This document shows positions 42,101 to 53,489 of a stretch of 64,000 nt of DNA, in pieces (within the stretch, counting starts at the first letter, position 1; each line of letters starts with the position of its first letter). The stretch lies in contig OZ004613.1 in assembly GCA_963924565.1 (NCBI GenBank), forward strand, positions 12,896,001 through 12,960,000. Reading direction: 5' to 3'. The notes beneath the pieces are model-generated. The model saw nothing but the letters and a program-made list of their open reading frames with translations, ran no database searches and had not been told where the DNA came from. Made by a program: the position numbers and the translations under genes. This DNA is from Ascidiella aspersa (lineage: Eukaryota).

Positions 42101-45100
42101 GTTACAAAAATATGCACATATGGTTTGTTGGCAAACCCAGGTGTTGTGGCATACGGAACTATTTACGAATATATTGTCCTTTCCCTCTTATTAACGGTTT
42201 AATGCGAGGGTTAATAATAACACAGGTGGCATTACTAGTAAATGTTGTAAAAAGAGAATTTAAAGCACGGTCAGGTTTGTTTACTGCAACTTATAAGTCG
42301 GCGCCATGTTATTTGGCGGTTTAGGCAGCACAAAAGTGCAGGGGATTAACATAGCGTAGATTCAAAAGTTCATCGCCCTCAGCGATTTGGACTTGCACGC
42401 TTCTATGGTGAGAGTGAGGGTTTCTACGAACTGCATCGTTTTTCGACGTATTTGAATATCGTGAAGTTAGGTTAAAAACTTTCGACTTCGAAGCGCCTAT
42501 TGCTAATTCCAATTAAATCAATGGACTATTGCTAACGCCTATTTGCTAATTCATTTGAAATTTGCGTTCGTCTATCTAATAACATCATGCTGAATTTTCA
42601 GCTATAACTAATATTCGTGCAAATTTAAAAGCATGCGAAATTTGGTCTGCAATTACAAAATAGTGATAAATGCTGAACAAATAATTAATTAATTGAAAAA
42701 ACGTATCAACAGACAAAATTTCTCGAAAGAAAGATCGCATGCATATGTTGGAAATCTGGATCGAAAAGCTTTTCCACCTGACACGATAAACGGTCGTAAA
42801 ACTTAAAAAGATCAACAAGGTTTGTTTACTTTCACACCGAAAGCGTTTACTACGCGGAGGACAGCGCGGCCCACTGACGGGGATCAAAATTTAGTCGTTA
42901 ACTTAACGGCGTGCCGCAGCCCTTAGGCCACCAACTTTGCGGTTTGGCGGATGAGCCAGGAAAAATGCACGAATTTAACAACAACGCCAGACTAAAAGCT
43001 GCTTTCACAGCACCTTGCGACTCTGCAGAAGTTAGAAGAAAATATTTTTAGAGCAGTGCTTTTAAACTTTACAATTTTTATCCGCCGTTTTTCATTTCGG
43101 AAAATTTCCATCCGCACGAACCAAGCTCAGTAAGTTTGCAACCTTCAGTTTTATTTATAAAATAACAATGAAAGAGTTTGTGTATTAAAACAGCGGGCCT
43201 AAGATTCGACCGATATAAAATAGATAGCTTAATCTGTAATGTATCATTACTATACGACTATATTACTGTACCAGTAACGCATAAGTGGGCGCACCTGCTT
43301 ATTTGATTACTGTATTACACATAATAAAAAAATAATATCATGCATCATTTTCATCCGCGCACTCATCATCCGCACAAGTGCGTACCATCCCACGGGTTGA
43401 AAAGCACTGTTTTAGAGTATTCTGTCCGAGTTTAAGTCAAGCATTAATAAGTTTAATTCATTTAAAGGAGATATTTATTTCGCCTCAAAATTAGGCATCA
43501 TCAGTCTCTAAATAGAATGAATTTGAATTTACGTGCAATGACGAGATATCTTCATATTTTACACATATAGTTTGTCATTAATGTTGAAAGAACAACGAAA
43601 TGCGTTTGGAATGTCGCTCGCCGTATTATACATGACACAACACTGTTTAAAAACAAACGATCACGGCATTTCAAAGAAAAAATGCCTCAGCGAAAAAGGG
43701 GTACATTAAAAGCTTGGCGCAGTTGAAAATTGGGCCCTGGCTATCTCAATTAAACTAGCAATGCGCCAGGTTGTTTTTCTTGACCTCAGGTCGATCCAAA
43801 TTAAGTAAAGCACGAAAACACCAGGCTTTTTTTGCTAGGACCCCACCAGTACACAAAACACGCGTGTGGCGTTCAAATTATTTCCATAGCAGAAACTAGC
43901 TGTGTCGTCCCACAGTTTTATTTATTGGTGCTTAATTATGCATGCATCATTATACTTGCCTAAGCAAAAAAGATAACCTCAACAATATCTAAAACCTGGA
44001 CAAGTTCTCCTTAATTTTATTTTTATCAAGTCTTCAAACGTGGTATGACTTATATATCGTTTTAAAGAAGCACTTATAAGTTACTTATACTTTGACCTAA
44101 TGAAGCACGGTTGTGCGAAAGCTTGTCGAGAATCAAATACAATTTGTCTTTATACAGTGCCACCTGATTTCTCTTATAAGTTACTGTTTCAGTACTGCGC
44201 TCCAAAATTACTAATGGTTATGAATTAATTGAGCTAATTTAAAACAATTGCTCTACGGGTTAGTTTATTCCGATGTAGAAAATGAAATGATTTTCTCGAT
44301 TGTTCTTCATTTTTTTAATAAAGAACTTTGTGTTTAGTTAAAAAAAAACTGGCTCATATAGTTTACATTTCTCTGCAGTAATAGAGATTATTCATCGCGA
44401 TACCACAAATGTTTTTGGCATCTGCAGTGACGTTTTTCTTCAATTGGCCAAAGAGGCAAGCTTTACAGACAACATAACAAATGAGTAAAATTCGATTTTT
44501 AGGTGTAAATTTAGCTATAAATCGTCGTTTCTCAGAAAACACCACCCGACCTCTAACAGGAAATTAATTAAAACAAATATACGTTAACCGCCTTATGTAG
44601 CAGAGATGTGAAGTCAACGATGAAACTATAGTGATAAAAATCGATTTAACCGACCTGTCAATGGCCAGCAAAAGAATCCCGAACACTGAGGCCGATGCTG
44701 TTGTGACCCAGATGCCCTGGATTACCAGCAAACTTTCCAGCGTATTCTGGATCCCAAAAACCGCGGCCAGGCAGTAATTCCACATCATCATACAACCTGC
44801 GACGGCAAAATAGAGCCGGTTGGAAGCCAGTTAGAAAACGAATCTTTTTCAGCACTTTTTAGCGATACTATTTAAAAATTCTGGTTGATGACTTTATTAA
44901 AGTTGTTGAAACAACTTCAGGGACCAAGAACTTGTAATTTAAACGCAAGGAATCTATATTAAAATGTTTTATGACACCACCTACTATTCAAAGGAATATT
45001 TGCTATAAAACGCAATTCCATTTGTAAAAAAAATTAAATAAAAAAGTATAGAGATCTGGAAATGCTCATTGATTAGCTTACATCAGGCGTGGGCACGTAT

Positions 45101-48100
45101 TTATAACACAAGGCCGCGTGAGAATAATAATTTTTTTATAGGACCGGGTTAAAATAGGATTGAAATACACATAATATAAAGTGTGATTACTTAAAACAAA
45201 GCTGTAAAAAAGCATTATTTTCGTAAGCTGGTACGAGTGTGGGAAACGTGAGACTGTTTTACAAATAGTTAATAGTGTAATATATTCAACAACACATTCT
45301 CAAGATCACATATAGAAAGAACTATTTTTCCTTGAACAATAATTTTTAAAAATAAGCTGCGTACCAAATTAAATTCGGCCCTGGTAGTTCAGGTTTAAAT
45401 CTACGAATTTCCTATTAAAAATTCATAAATTTCGCGCATAAAAAGTACCGCCTGTATATTTTTAAGCGTGCATAATTTAGAGTACACAAATTAACTTGGA
45501 AACCGTAAACCGTAAAGAAGCAGTCACAACGTTTAAACGCGTTCTTTCGGCCGCATTCTCAGCCTTCAAGATAACAGGCGAGGTAATATATTGCCAAAAA
45601 CATATTTGCGGCCGAGGCGGCAATATTATCGCATTGCGGTCGTTGCGCTACAATCGTTTGATTGGCGGTAACTCACGCCAGTAAATTCTGGGAAAAAGTA
45701 TCGACTAGAAAGGCAGGACGCCGGTCAAGGTGGACCAGGCGGTCTTAGTAGGTCCGGACATGAGTCGAGCAAGCGTGCGAACAACTATTCTTCGGCCGCC
45801 ACTTTTATCGACATCTGTGTCATGTTTCAAAGGTCAACGTGCGCGTTTCGGCGAAAGCGAGCATAAACCGCAGCCATTGCTGCACAGCTAGCCGCTAACG
45901 GCCTGAAAAGGTCTGTTTACTTCGAACACTCCCTTTCTCAATCATGCTCTTGTGCTTTATTCCACACAAATGCACGTTTATATTAGCAACTCACTTTTAT
46001 TAAAAATATAGCCTTTATTGGCCCGTTGTGAGGAATTTTAATCCTAAGAAACAACACTTTTTTTTGTTGTTCTCTAAATGATTTTTAATATGTTACTGCT
46101 TGGTTTTGTGTACTAATTTGCACAAAAATGGGAGTTAACATTTAAAATAGCTGACGGTCTTGCTTCAACGGCCTTCGTTAAAACAAAATGTCAAGTAAGC
46201 TGGTCAACAAATTCTACAGAACACAATTTGCGGTCCCTTCCCATTGGGAAACAATTTGGGAACAAATTAAAGTTGAATTAGACTGCGACAAAGCTGCAGT
46301 TCTTATGAATTAAAGTTGAATTAGACTGCGACAAAGCTGCAGTTTCTCTAATCAAATGTGACGGCACCATGCTTAAATAGCCGAAATCCGGATAAAGGCA
46401 AGCAAATTATTATCGACGACAAGATTTGTTTTCGTCCAATATTGCGTTCGATAAGGGTATAAGCCCGACATACGTGCAACGAACGTGAAACGACGAAACT
46501 GGTCTAAATATAGAATTCCTAATTGCCGACATTTCAAAAAACGAGATAGCGTTGCAAAAGTAAACACAAATTTGTAAAAAGCAATTGGTCAGTCCAGAAA
46601 ACACCATTTGGAATACCAAATCGACAATTCAGATGTGTCAATGCGGCAAGCGTGTGCGTTCAACTTTTTAAGAATAACAATCGTTAGAGATTTTCATCAC
46701 ATTTTTTAAGTTAGTCGTTGATTCCAACTAACAGTTTAATAAGTCATTACAGGCCATGTACTTCACGTATTTCAGCAACAAACCACCACCAGATCATATT
46801 GGTCTTTACTATGTACAAGAAGAGGCTATACTCACCAATGCAAAGATCGGACACGCTCAGGTGAATGATGAACCAATACATCGGCCTGAAAAAGCGAGAG
46901 TTCCCGCATACGATGGCCTGAATGACCAGACAGTTGCCCACGATGATTGCCAGCGAAACCAGTCCGGCAGTTATGATGAGCGGGAGCGATTCGAGCGGCT
47001 TACAAAACTCAACCTGCAATGAAGACGGACTGTCGTTGGTATTTAGCTTGGCGCAATTCGATAGTGGACCGATTTACGTAGTTTACGCATCGGAAGAGGT
47101 AAATGTCACGCAAATACATCGACCTATATACCGTTTCTCCATCGCGGTTTAGCTAAGGCGTGTTTCTAACTAGTCAACCTGATAATAATTTTATTTTGCT
47201 CTAGTTAGTATTGTAAGACTATGCTAGTGAAATAGTAGATAAATGAGTAGAAACAGGACAACTTATATCAAATTACGATAGAAGTAAATTTTGAATCCTC
47301 GCAGGGTCTACTTGTTTTTGTGATTTTCCATTGTTTATAAATTGTGTCCTGTGATATTGATAAATATTGGCAAATGGCTAATTCAGCAAGTGTTGGCGCG
47401 CACGTCAGAGGAATGACTAGTACTACTCGTTGCTCATTAAGTGATGTCGATATTTGCAAGAGCTATTCGCACAGCACAAGAAATACTGGTAAAACAAGCG
47501 GGTCCAAATAAAGCTTGTTCGGGTGCACTAGAAATACTTGCAAAACCTGGTTTAAAGGAAGCATAATTCCCATGACAACTCGGCATTCCAACCACTCCGC
47601 AATGCGACCAACTAAACAAAAGTGTTGTAAATAAGTTATTCCAAATGACTCAAGTCCAAGTCAAGTCATTTGTAAAATAACTAATCAAATTCAAGTGTTT
47701 TGCAAAAAGTAACAAGTCAAGTCCCAGCCCAAGTCACCAGTTACCCAAGTCCAAGTCACGCCATCAGTAAAGCAAGTGAACTTCAAGTCAAGTCATTGAC
47801 ATAAAAATAAAGCGCAAATCATTTAAAATGGGTAAACTCGTCCGACTATAATCCTATATGAATCATATCTCAACAGATATAACAAAAATGCAATATACAG
47901 CAAGCAAATTGTTTTATCTAAAAAATTTGAAATTAATATCCCAATTTTATTAACAAATATTTATTAACAAAACTTGTTAATAAATATCATTTTAACCCAA
48001 GTTATTTGACACAATGACTTACGTCAAAGTCAAGTCATTTGTCCAAAAGACTTAAGTGAAGTCACGTCATTTGAAAACAGTGACTTAAGTGCACCTTTAC

Positions 48101-48902
48101 AACAGTGCTAACCAATAAACCTCCACTCTACCAACAGTGACAAGCGTGCCGACTTGCGTCGTTTCCAAACTCTGCTAATTATCAACACATGGCGACGCCA
48201 TACGTCACGGTTATTCCCCTTTATTTGACTTGCGATCCCCCGAGCGACACCTTTACCGTTCTGCAAGCCATAACTCGCGCATGCTTCGACAGCAGGCGGG
48301 CGCGCGTGTTTTCAGTTCGGCCAGTCTGGAGACTACTTAGAGGCAGGGCCCACTTGAAAAAACAAAACAACGCAACTCAGCCGGAATAAGGGACGCGATA
48401 TGCCCCGTTTGAAGTGTTTAAATAAACACCGTAGCGATTGATCAAACTACTGCTCTGGACATAACCCTGGGCCTTTAAAAGATACATGAAAAATGTATTT
48501 CAAATGATCAACCACGATAGTAAATTAGATGTGTTAGAAACGAACACAACGTCAAAAGTTTTCTGGGTCGGGAGATTTTACTTTTCGTGTTTTGCTGCTT
48601 GAACATGACTTTAAAATATTCTTTGTTATATACTTACAACTTGATGATTCAAGGATACCAGTTTAATGGACTTTATTTTACCAACAAAGATTGAATGCTA
48701 CGTCAGTCTAAATAATGTACTAAAAATACCAACAACACTATTGTTTAATAAAAAAAATAATTACATTGTCAGACATGTTGTTCTCTGAAGCAATGAAGGA
48801 ATCATTGGAACTGTAATTCCCATCCACTAAGGTGAGCAATAGTAAGTTTGGTGGATTTCCATTTACCCTTAAATGTGATTTGATCAGCATTGAGTTGTTC
48901 AT
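6022..48902 (-). CDS. Class A GPCR of the cannabinoid/S1P/LPA (MECA lipid receptor) group, ~518 aa, 10 coding exons
   Basis: Exons 48902-48765, 47013-46836, 44796-44655, 38169-38020, 35567-35414, 33618-33487, 30816-30620, 23931-23796, 12129-11921 and 6142-6022 total 1557 nt, and all phases match (0,1,2,2,0,0,2,0,2). Motifs: GN (TM1), RPMYWFIIHLSVSDL (cf. S1P1 RPMYYFIGNLALSDL), ASASVFGILLLAIDRY, W4.50, PLVSGWSC (cf. PLLGWNC), DIRLIRTL (cf. CB1 DIRLAKTL), NSLANPILY. No Cys at 3.25. Confidence 0.9.
11921..12129 (-). CDS. GPCR exon 9 (basic/Pro-rich C-tail)
   Basis: tgcgtttttctaag|RSDDRKRRKKSWHGNAINSQRPGERKKAKKPRKRPIELKPIIDQRHRKPPPPSPLCANAGFQLLQMDGR|GTATGG. GC-rich codons; phase matches on both sides. 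Confidence 0.72.
13012..13350 (-). repeat. Two degenerate tRNA-derived (SINE-head-like) sequences
   Basis: The minus strand reads GGTCGTGAGTTCGAATC(C/T)TACGACA, a T-arm/B-box, at ~13013-13037 and ~13297-13321. The first copy has an A-box-like TAACTCAGTT upstream. No complete cloverleaf. Confidence 0.5.
15615..16459. mobile_element. hAT-type MITE, 845 bp
   Basis: TIRs CAGTGTTCCCTCT / AGAGGGAACACTG, perfect 8-bp TSD ACGGCAAG, subterminal TGCGCA repeats. Confidence 0.9.
23480..23796. repeat. Diverged local tandem duplication of the intron sequence next to the GPCR exon 8 donor
   Basis: 23480-23617 and 23681-23796 share AGAAATCGATGAGAT, TGCCGCTCT, TCGGTGATTAAGCCA and CAACACG.TCAACTT.ACCTTACC. 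Confidence 0.8.
23796..23931 (-). CDS. GPCR exon 8 (C-tail)
   Basis: atcgttctag|(T)ADNFGSDPPSFDPQDHSNNRAPRFFFCGKSAFTSDISNNSTPLSQ|GTAAGG. Phase 2 in, phase 0 out. Confidence 0.75.
27170..27280. mobile_element. Fragment of the GACTTGA-repeat MITE family
   Basis: Clustered gacttga/gacttgg/acttaagtta motifs like those in 2934-3291. Termini not found. Confidence 0.45.
30620..30816 (-). CDS. GPCR exon 7 (ECL3, TM7, helix 8)
   Basis: tattccgcag|DYAIDYHSTRLTDYAIYVFVLGSLNSLANPILYIWRIPAIQVSLQRNWKCCLSSNHDARTSRKSK|GTAAGT. Contains NPxxY and a palmitoylation-like CC pair. Confidence 0.92.
31747..32006. mobile_element. hAT (Charlie-like) MITE, 260 bp
   Basis: TIRs CAGGGGTGGGCAACCT / AGGTTTCCCACCCCTG. 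TSD gtttagag/atttagag (7/8). Confidence 0.88.
33487..33618 (-). CDS. GPCR exon 6 (ICL3, TM6)
   Basis: gttttggcag|ARRSHQQATGHRVRLRDIRLIRTLAVIVLIYIVTLLPCGVILII|GTTAGT. Confidence 0.92.
35414..35567 (-). CDS. GPCR exon 5 (ECL2, TM5)
   Basis: tttttccatag|CHDDRYMECLPITDCSQIIPPFTKSYILVVILYVYIMLPLPVVIYGLIFIK|GTTGGT. Confidence 0.92.
36502..37350. mobile_element. hAT (Ac-like ends) MITE, 849 bp
   Basis: TIRs TAGGGATGCTCAAAGTAGAAT / ATTCTACTTTGAACATCCCTA, perfect 8-bp TSD CTCGTGAA, subterminal GGATTCG repeats. Confidence 0.92.
38020..38169 (-). CDS. GPCR exon 4 (DRY, ICL2, TM4, start of ECL2)
   Basis: tctaacag|(R)YMQVVHRRHHRKYFNHVSVSSVIFFTWIMPIMIFLVMPLVSGWSCQDHC(K)|GTGAGA. The splice completes the DRY motif. 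Confidence 0.92.
43054..43409. mobile_element. hAT-type MITE, 356 bp
   Basis: TIRs CAGTGCTTTTAAAC / GTTGAAAAGCACTG, perfect 8-bp TSD TTTTAGAG, subterminal ATCCGC repeats. Confidence 0.9.
44655..44796 (-). CDS. GPCR exon 3 (end of TM2, ECL1, TM3)
   Basis: ttttgccgtcgcag|GCMMMWNYCLAAVFGIQNTLESLLVIQGIWVTTASASVFGILLLAID(R)|GTCGGT. Confidence 0.92.
46265..46344. repeat. Perfect 37-bp direct repeat, period 43
   Basis: AATTAAAGTTGAATTAGACTGCGACAAAGCTGCAGTT occurs at 46265 and 46308. Confidence 0.9.
46836..47013 (-). CDS. GPCR exon 2 (TM1-TM2)
   Basis: ttcattgcag|VEFCKPLESLPLIITAGLVSLAIIVGNCLVIQAIVCGNSRFFRPMYWFIIHLSVSDLCI|GTGAGT. Confidence 0.92.
47620..48107. mobile_element. hAT-type MITE with TCAAGTC subterminal repeats (GPCR coding intron 1)
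   Basis: Ends AAGTGTTGTAAA / TTTACAACAGTG. TSD ctaaacaa/ctaaccaa (7/8). Reverse-orientation relative of 2934-3291. Confidence 0.8.
48765..48902 (-). CDS. GPCR coding exon 1 (glycosylated N-terminus)
   Basis: Strong acceptor tctcttttttgcag| with exon start at 48913; ATG at 48902. MNNSM...GNYSSNDSFIASENNMSDN has four N-x-S sequons. Donor AAT|GTAATT is phase 0 and matches the next exon. Confidence 0.75.
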
Positions 48903-51900
48903 TGCACTTTTCACTGCAAAAAAGAGATCCAAAAAGGGTAAAGAAAATGGTAAATAGTAGGCTAAATAAAATATGTTATGAAAGAATAATTCATACTAAT
49001 TAAAAACATGGTTGATATTTTGAGTTTTGTTATATTTATTTACCCAAATGTGGTTGCAAGGTTGAAGTTTGAAACTTTAAACTGCAATCTTTGATAACTT
49101 CTGCTATTTGTAAGCAATTCTTTTTGGATTAATCCAAAGGGAAGAGAATGACTCCATTGATTCAAAGTTTGAAACTTATGTAGAGTCTCAGTACAAAGTC
49201 TTGCAAATTGTTAGCCTGATGAAATGCCTTATGACAAAGCTAGTATGATTTAAAATGGTTGAAATAAACTACACACTTTTCAAGTGCAATATACTTCTTC
49301 AGGTTAATATTAGATTAATTTTCAACTTCTTGATTAACAACGTTCTAATCTTACTTATATAAAAGTTACACAAATCAAAACCTGTTCCAGATAGATATTA
49401 ACGAAAATATTTTAAGACACTTTATTTATTTACCCTAACAGCACTAATATGCTAATCTAATCGCAATTTCGACACATCTAACGTCTTTGCACCTTTGCAG
49501 GTTAAAGCGCGGTGTCAGCATACAGAAACAACACACGAAGCGCTTTTGCATTGCCACTTTCTTCATATCAAAGCAAGATGTGCATATTAAATCGCCAGCA
49601 TTAAAACCTTTGGCAAAACTGAGCCAACATTACAACAATCGTCTTAATGAGGCGTGAAAGGTTGACAAAAGCGCTAAGTTACACGTGAAAAATCACTCGA
49701 AACCACATAAACTGCACTATTAAACGCATTAACGTCACAATGAGCCACTGAACAAATATTTGAACAGGACGTTGGCAATGGGTGACAGTCACTAGCGTTT
49801 ACTTCAGCGGCGTAACTTATACACAGTACCGTACATACCGAAAAATACAATGACTGAAAGGCATTGTTAACCGCCTTTGGAATTTCTATACAGGATCACA
49901 ATAAGCTGTATCGCTTGCAACTGATATGTAAGCTATTGTAAAATCTGCGTAAAAACTTGACATCAAGAAAGTTGTAGAGCAGCTATCAAAATCAAGCATA
50001 ATCTCGCAACTATCTTTTTGGCCTCGCGTTCGGCTGTATCTGCGTGCCTGACCCTGACAAACGATCCAGTAGCACACTCCAAACTCCTGTAAAACATATT
50101 CCCTAAAACAAACTTTGGCGATTAGCAATAGCAGCAGCAGCCGCGACATCGATATGGTACGAGAAAGCTTGGCAGGCCGCGGCGTCGCCATGAAGTAAGT
50201 ATAAAGCGATATAGCAACGCGGCTTTTGAAGCCCGTGGAAGTCGGGAATAATTGAACTCTCGACGCGTATGACGAAAGCGTTGGATTCGAGCGAGACGAG
50301 ACGCGGACGCATTGTTTTGGTTCAATGTTTTCACGGCAGCTCCCTTTTTCTCCCTTTCTGAACGACGGCAGTTGAACGGCGACTTTGGCGGCCAATTGAA
50401 TGCTCTGCGGTGGATACGGCGGTTGGCAAAGCTGGGGAGATCCTCTAAGTAGCTGATCTGTTTGCGACTGACGCTTTGGTACTCTTGAACCTCCACATAA
50501 TCTGCAAGCGTGCGTAATTTACATCCGTTAGACTAGCGCGTAGTTAAAATACATATGAAATGTGACTAACGAAGTATGGACGCTATCAATCTCTAAATGT
50601 CTGTAAGAGTTTGGCAATAAGGTGAACATTGGTAAAAAAACGTTCTCGTAGTATAAAATATTTCATAGTACACTTTACTCTCAAAATGTTTTGTTCAATT
50701 AATTTTTGTTAGTATTTTAACTGACAACGTATTAAAACCTCATTTTCATGAGTTTTTTTTAAATTCAATCTTTCCAATTTACGAAATTGCTTTAAAGTTT
50801 GCTGCAGAAGTATGTTGAAGGGTGCTTTACACCAACTTGTCGAAGGAAGTTAGGCGAAGTATCTCGCTCTGGAATTATAGGCAACCTAGTACACAAACCA
50901 AAGTCAACCCATATCCACACAGTAAGACTTATGTAAAAGACAAAATGCTTGAAAGCTGTCATCGACTAAGTATAAGTTTATTTGTTCGTTAGCGACACCT
51001 TGCGACAATTTATAGGAAGTTAAACATTTCGCTTAGCGCGACGTAAAATATTCTTTTCATAAGTTTTAATGTTTCTTTGAGCACGTTTCGAATTATTGTA
51101 AGACACACGCCAACGTGTAAACACAAGACCACACTTTTCAAAAAAAGAAAGCTTCTTTCGAAAAGTTAACGTTTCATAAGCGATGAATACAAATGCTGAG
51201 TTTTCCAGCTCATTTATTTTTAGTTACAGCGTTGTCATACTTTATAACAAAATATATCCAAAGAAGCTCTGATGATTTACATTTAGAAATCAGATTGTCC
51301 CTTAAATACCAATTGCAAGCCTACTACAATATATCGAAAGGCCTACAAAGAAACCAGACTTATACAAAAGTGCTCTAAACTAAAAATCAAGAGCAAAGTT
51401 TCTGATCTATATTAAGTTAAAAAAATAGAAAACACTATTTCGACGTGCGATGGCTTCGTTATGTTTTGTCAATCGGCGAATAAATATTTTTTGGCAGCAA
51501 CCAAATTTCATCACACAACTATGCTACCAAAGTGCAGTACTCACTTTTGTTACAATTAGTAATTGTGGCGTCTAGGAATGTAGCATGGATTGCACCTGTT
51601 AAATAACAGACCGGGCTGGTGTACACTACGGTGAAAACACAGCGGGTGGTAACAGCCTAAAAGTCGCTTACAAGATTTATAAATTCCAGACAAAGCCCGT
51701 ATAAGCCATCGTTGTAGTCCCTCTCTATGTGTTAGGCCCTTTGCCAATCTTTTGCTTGTTTTGCCCGCAACGGCATTCGGGCGGCCAGGATAAAAAAAAC
51801 GTGTTGCACAATTCGAGTTGATTAAACGTGAAAGGAAAGCCTACAGGAACGGCGACTAAAGACAGGAGCTAGCTTATTGTGGCCCGGACAAAACCAAGGT

Positions 51901-53450
51901 ATAGGGTTGCAGGTTTACGTGCTACACAAATTTGGGCGGGCCCGTACCTGTTCCGACACGGCTGTAGGGGTGAGAGTGAGGGCCTTTCTGCGTGGTCTCC
52001 GAATTCTCATGTCTCTGTTAACCCGTATTGAAGCGCTAATTTTCGTTTTGTTTTTTAGCATTGGGTTTTGAGAATAAATTAGCTGTTGCCAGATTTGTTG
52101 AAAACAGTTGAACAACTTTTATGGGTGTTAGGATTTGATAATCGCTGTATTTAGATTATGTCACACAAAGAGAAGAGACTACTTTACACCATATAAAATT
52201 AGTTAATTATACGCAACCTATTTAAATCCAAACTTGTTTAAAGGTTTCCAAATGCGCTCTTAGTGTACCTTTAGTAAGATACTCCATCGTTAGCTTCAGT
52301 TTAACTTTTAATAACCTATACTTATTTTATATTTAACCAGCTCGAATTGATGTTTACCGCGCCACTTAAGTTTGATAAAATCATAAACCGAACAAATTCG
52401 ATCCGGTTATATTGACTCCCTTGGAGAGCCGCTTATTTAACGGTCTTAAGCCCAATCAAGTCTCGACGTCGCTTGTTTTTACTTCAGACAAGTCAGACCA
52501 GGCTGAGCGCTTATATTATTAGAAACACGCTTTTGACGAGGTGTCGAGTGTTTTGAGCGTTTCACGCCACCTGATCCCACTTGAAAGCGGTTCCAGCGAC
52601 TTGTCTTCAAGGGACAGCAAAGTGCCGCAACAACAGCCAGTTAAGGTTCAATTTTTTAAGCGAAGAAACAAACAGATTTCAGTAGTTCAGGTTTACATTT
52701 TTCTGATCTGATGTGGTGTTTTTTGTTGTTTACAATTGTTTATTAATTCGCTTAAGTTTTCATAATATACAGCCGTCAACCTTAAAATTTCGACCGATCT
52801 TGCAAGTGGCTGCTATATAGTTTAAGTTGGCCTCCTAATTGTTTCAGCATTCACTTTTAACTTTTTAAAAAGACATTATCAAGGAACTAACAAAGAACAT
52901 ATTTGTAAAGTGAAAGTCAGAGAATAAATACTCGTAAAGGCAGGTCACCCAGTTACGTGAGTTTCTTGAAAAGTCTAGGCCCCAGGCTATTGGGTCATCT
53001 CTGTACATACCCAGGCAAGGAATTATACTCTTCATCTTATATCTTAAGATTTTTGAACGTGCAATTAGTGCGCTGCCCAAATAAGGTTTGACTGTTTTTA
53101 CAAACTATTAGTTTCTTATTAGAATGAATGTTAGTTTACTAACATTTCACTATATTTATAGTTTTTTAAAAAATCGATAGTATATCACGTATATTTTATG
53201 ATTTTCTGTACATTTTTCTTCAAAGATATGATGTTGGATAAAGGTGAATTGTAACATCCGAGTTAAAATAGCAGCTATCCTATGAACGAATCTTAACTCA
53301 ATAAGGATGCTGATTCCAGAGTTAACCTGCTTATTAGGAATATATATATATTTTTTCAGAATTTCGCCTTCCCTAGGCCTACCGTGTGGCATAACGGTTA
53401 TGTCACCTTCTGTTTAAAAAACAGTTTGCTTCTTATTCAAGTTGCTCGTT

Positions 53451-53489
53451 ATGGAAAGCAGCGCGCCATCGTCACTGCTCGCTCTTAGG
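53451..53489 (+). CDS. Pseudo-caspase gene, putative first coding exon
   Basis: ttcttattcaag|ttgctcgttATG...AGG|GTAATT encodes MESSAPSSLLALR. Phase 0 fits the next exon. The alternative start is the ATG at 57093. Confidence 0.5.

Noticed and set aside
47620-48107. CRISPR-like array of short repeats (also 2934-3291 and 59181-59290)
   Set aside because: The repeats are only 7-10 bp, irregularly spaced and enclosed by TIRs and TSDs. They are MITE subterminal motifs in eukaryotic DNA.
49886-50395. 169-aa ORF containing MSRLLLLLLIAK as a signal peptide or first coding exon of the GPCR
   Set aside because: It could splice in phase 0 straight to 47013. However, exon 48913-48765 has a much stronger acceptor and four sequons typical of a GPCR N-terminus, and this frame is out of phase with it. 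Kept only as a possible uORF.
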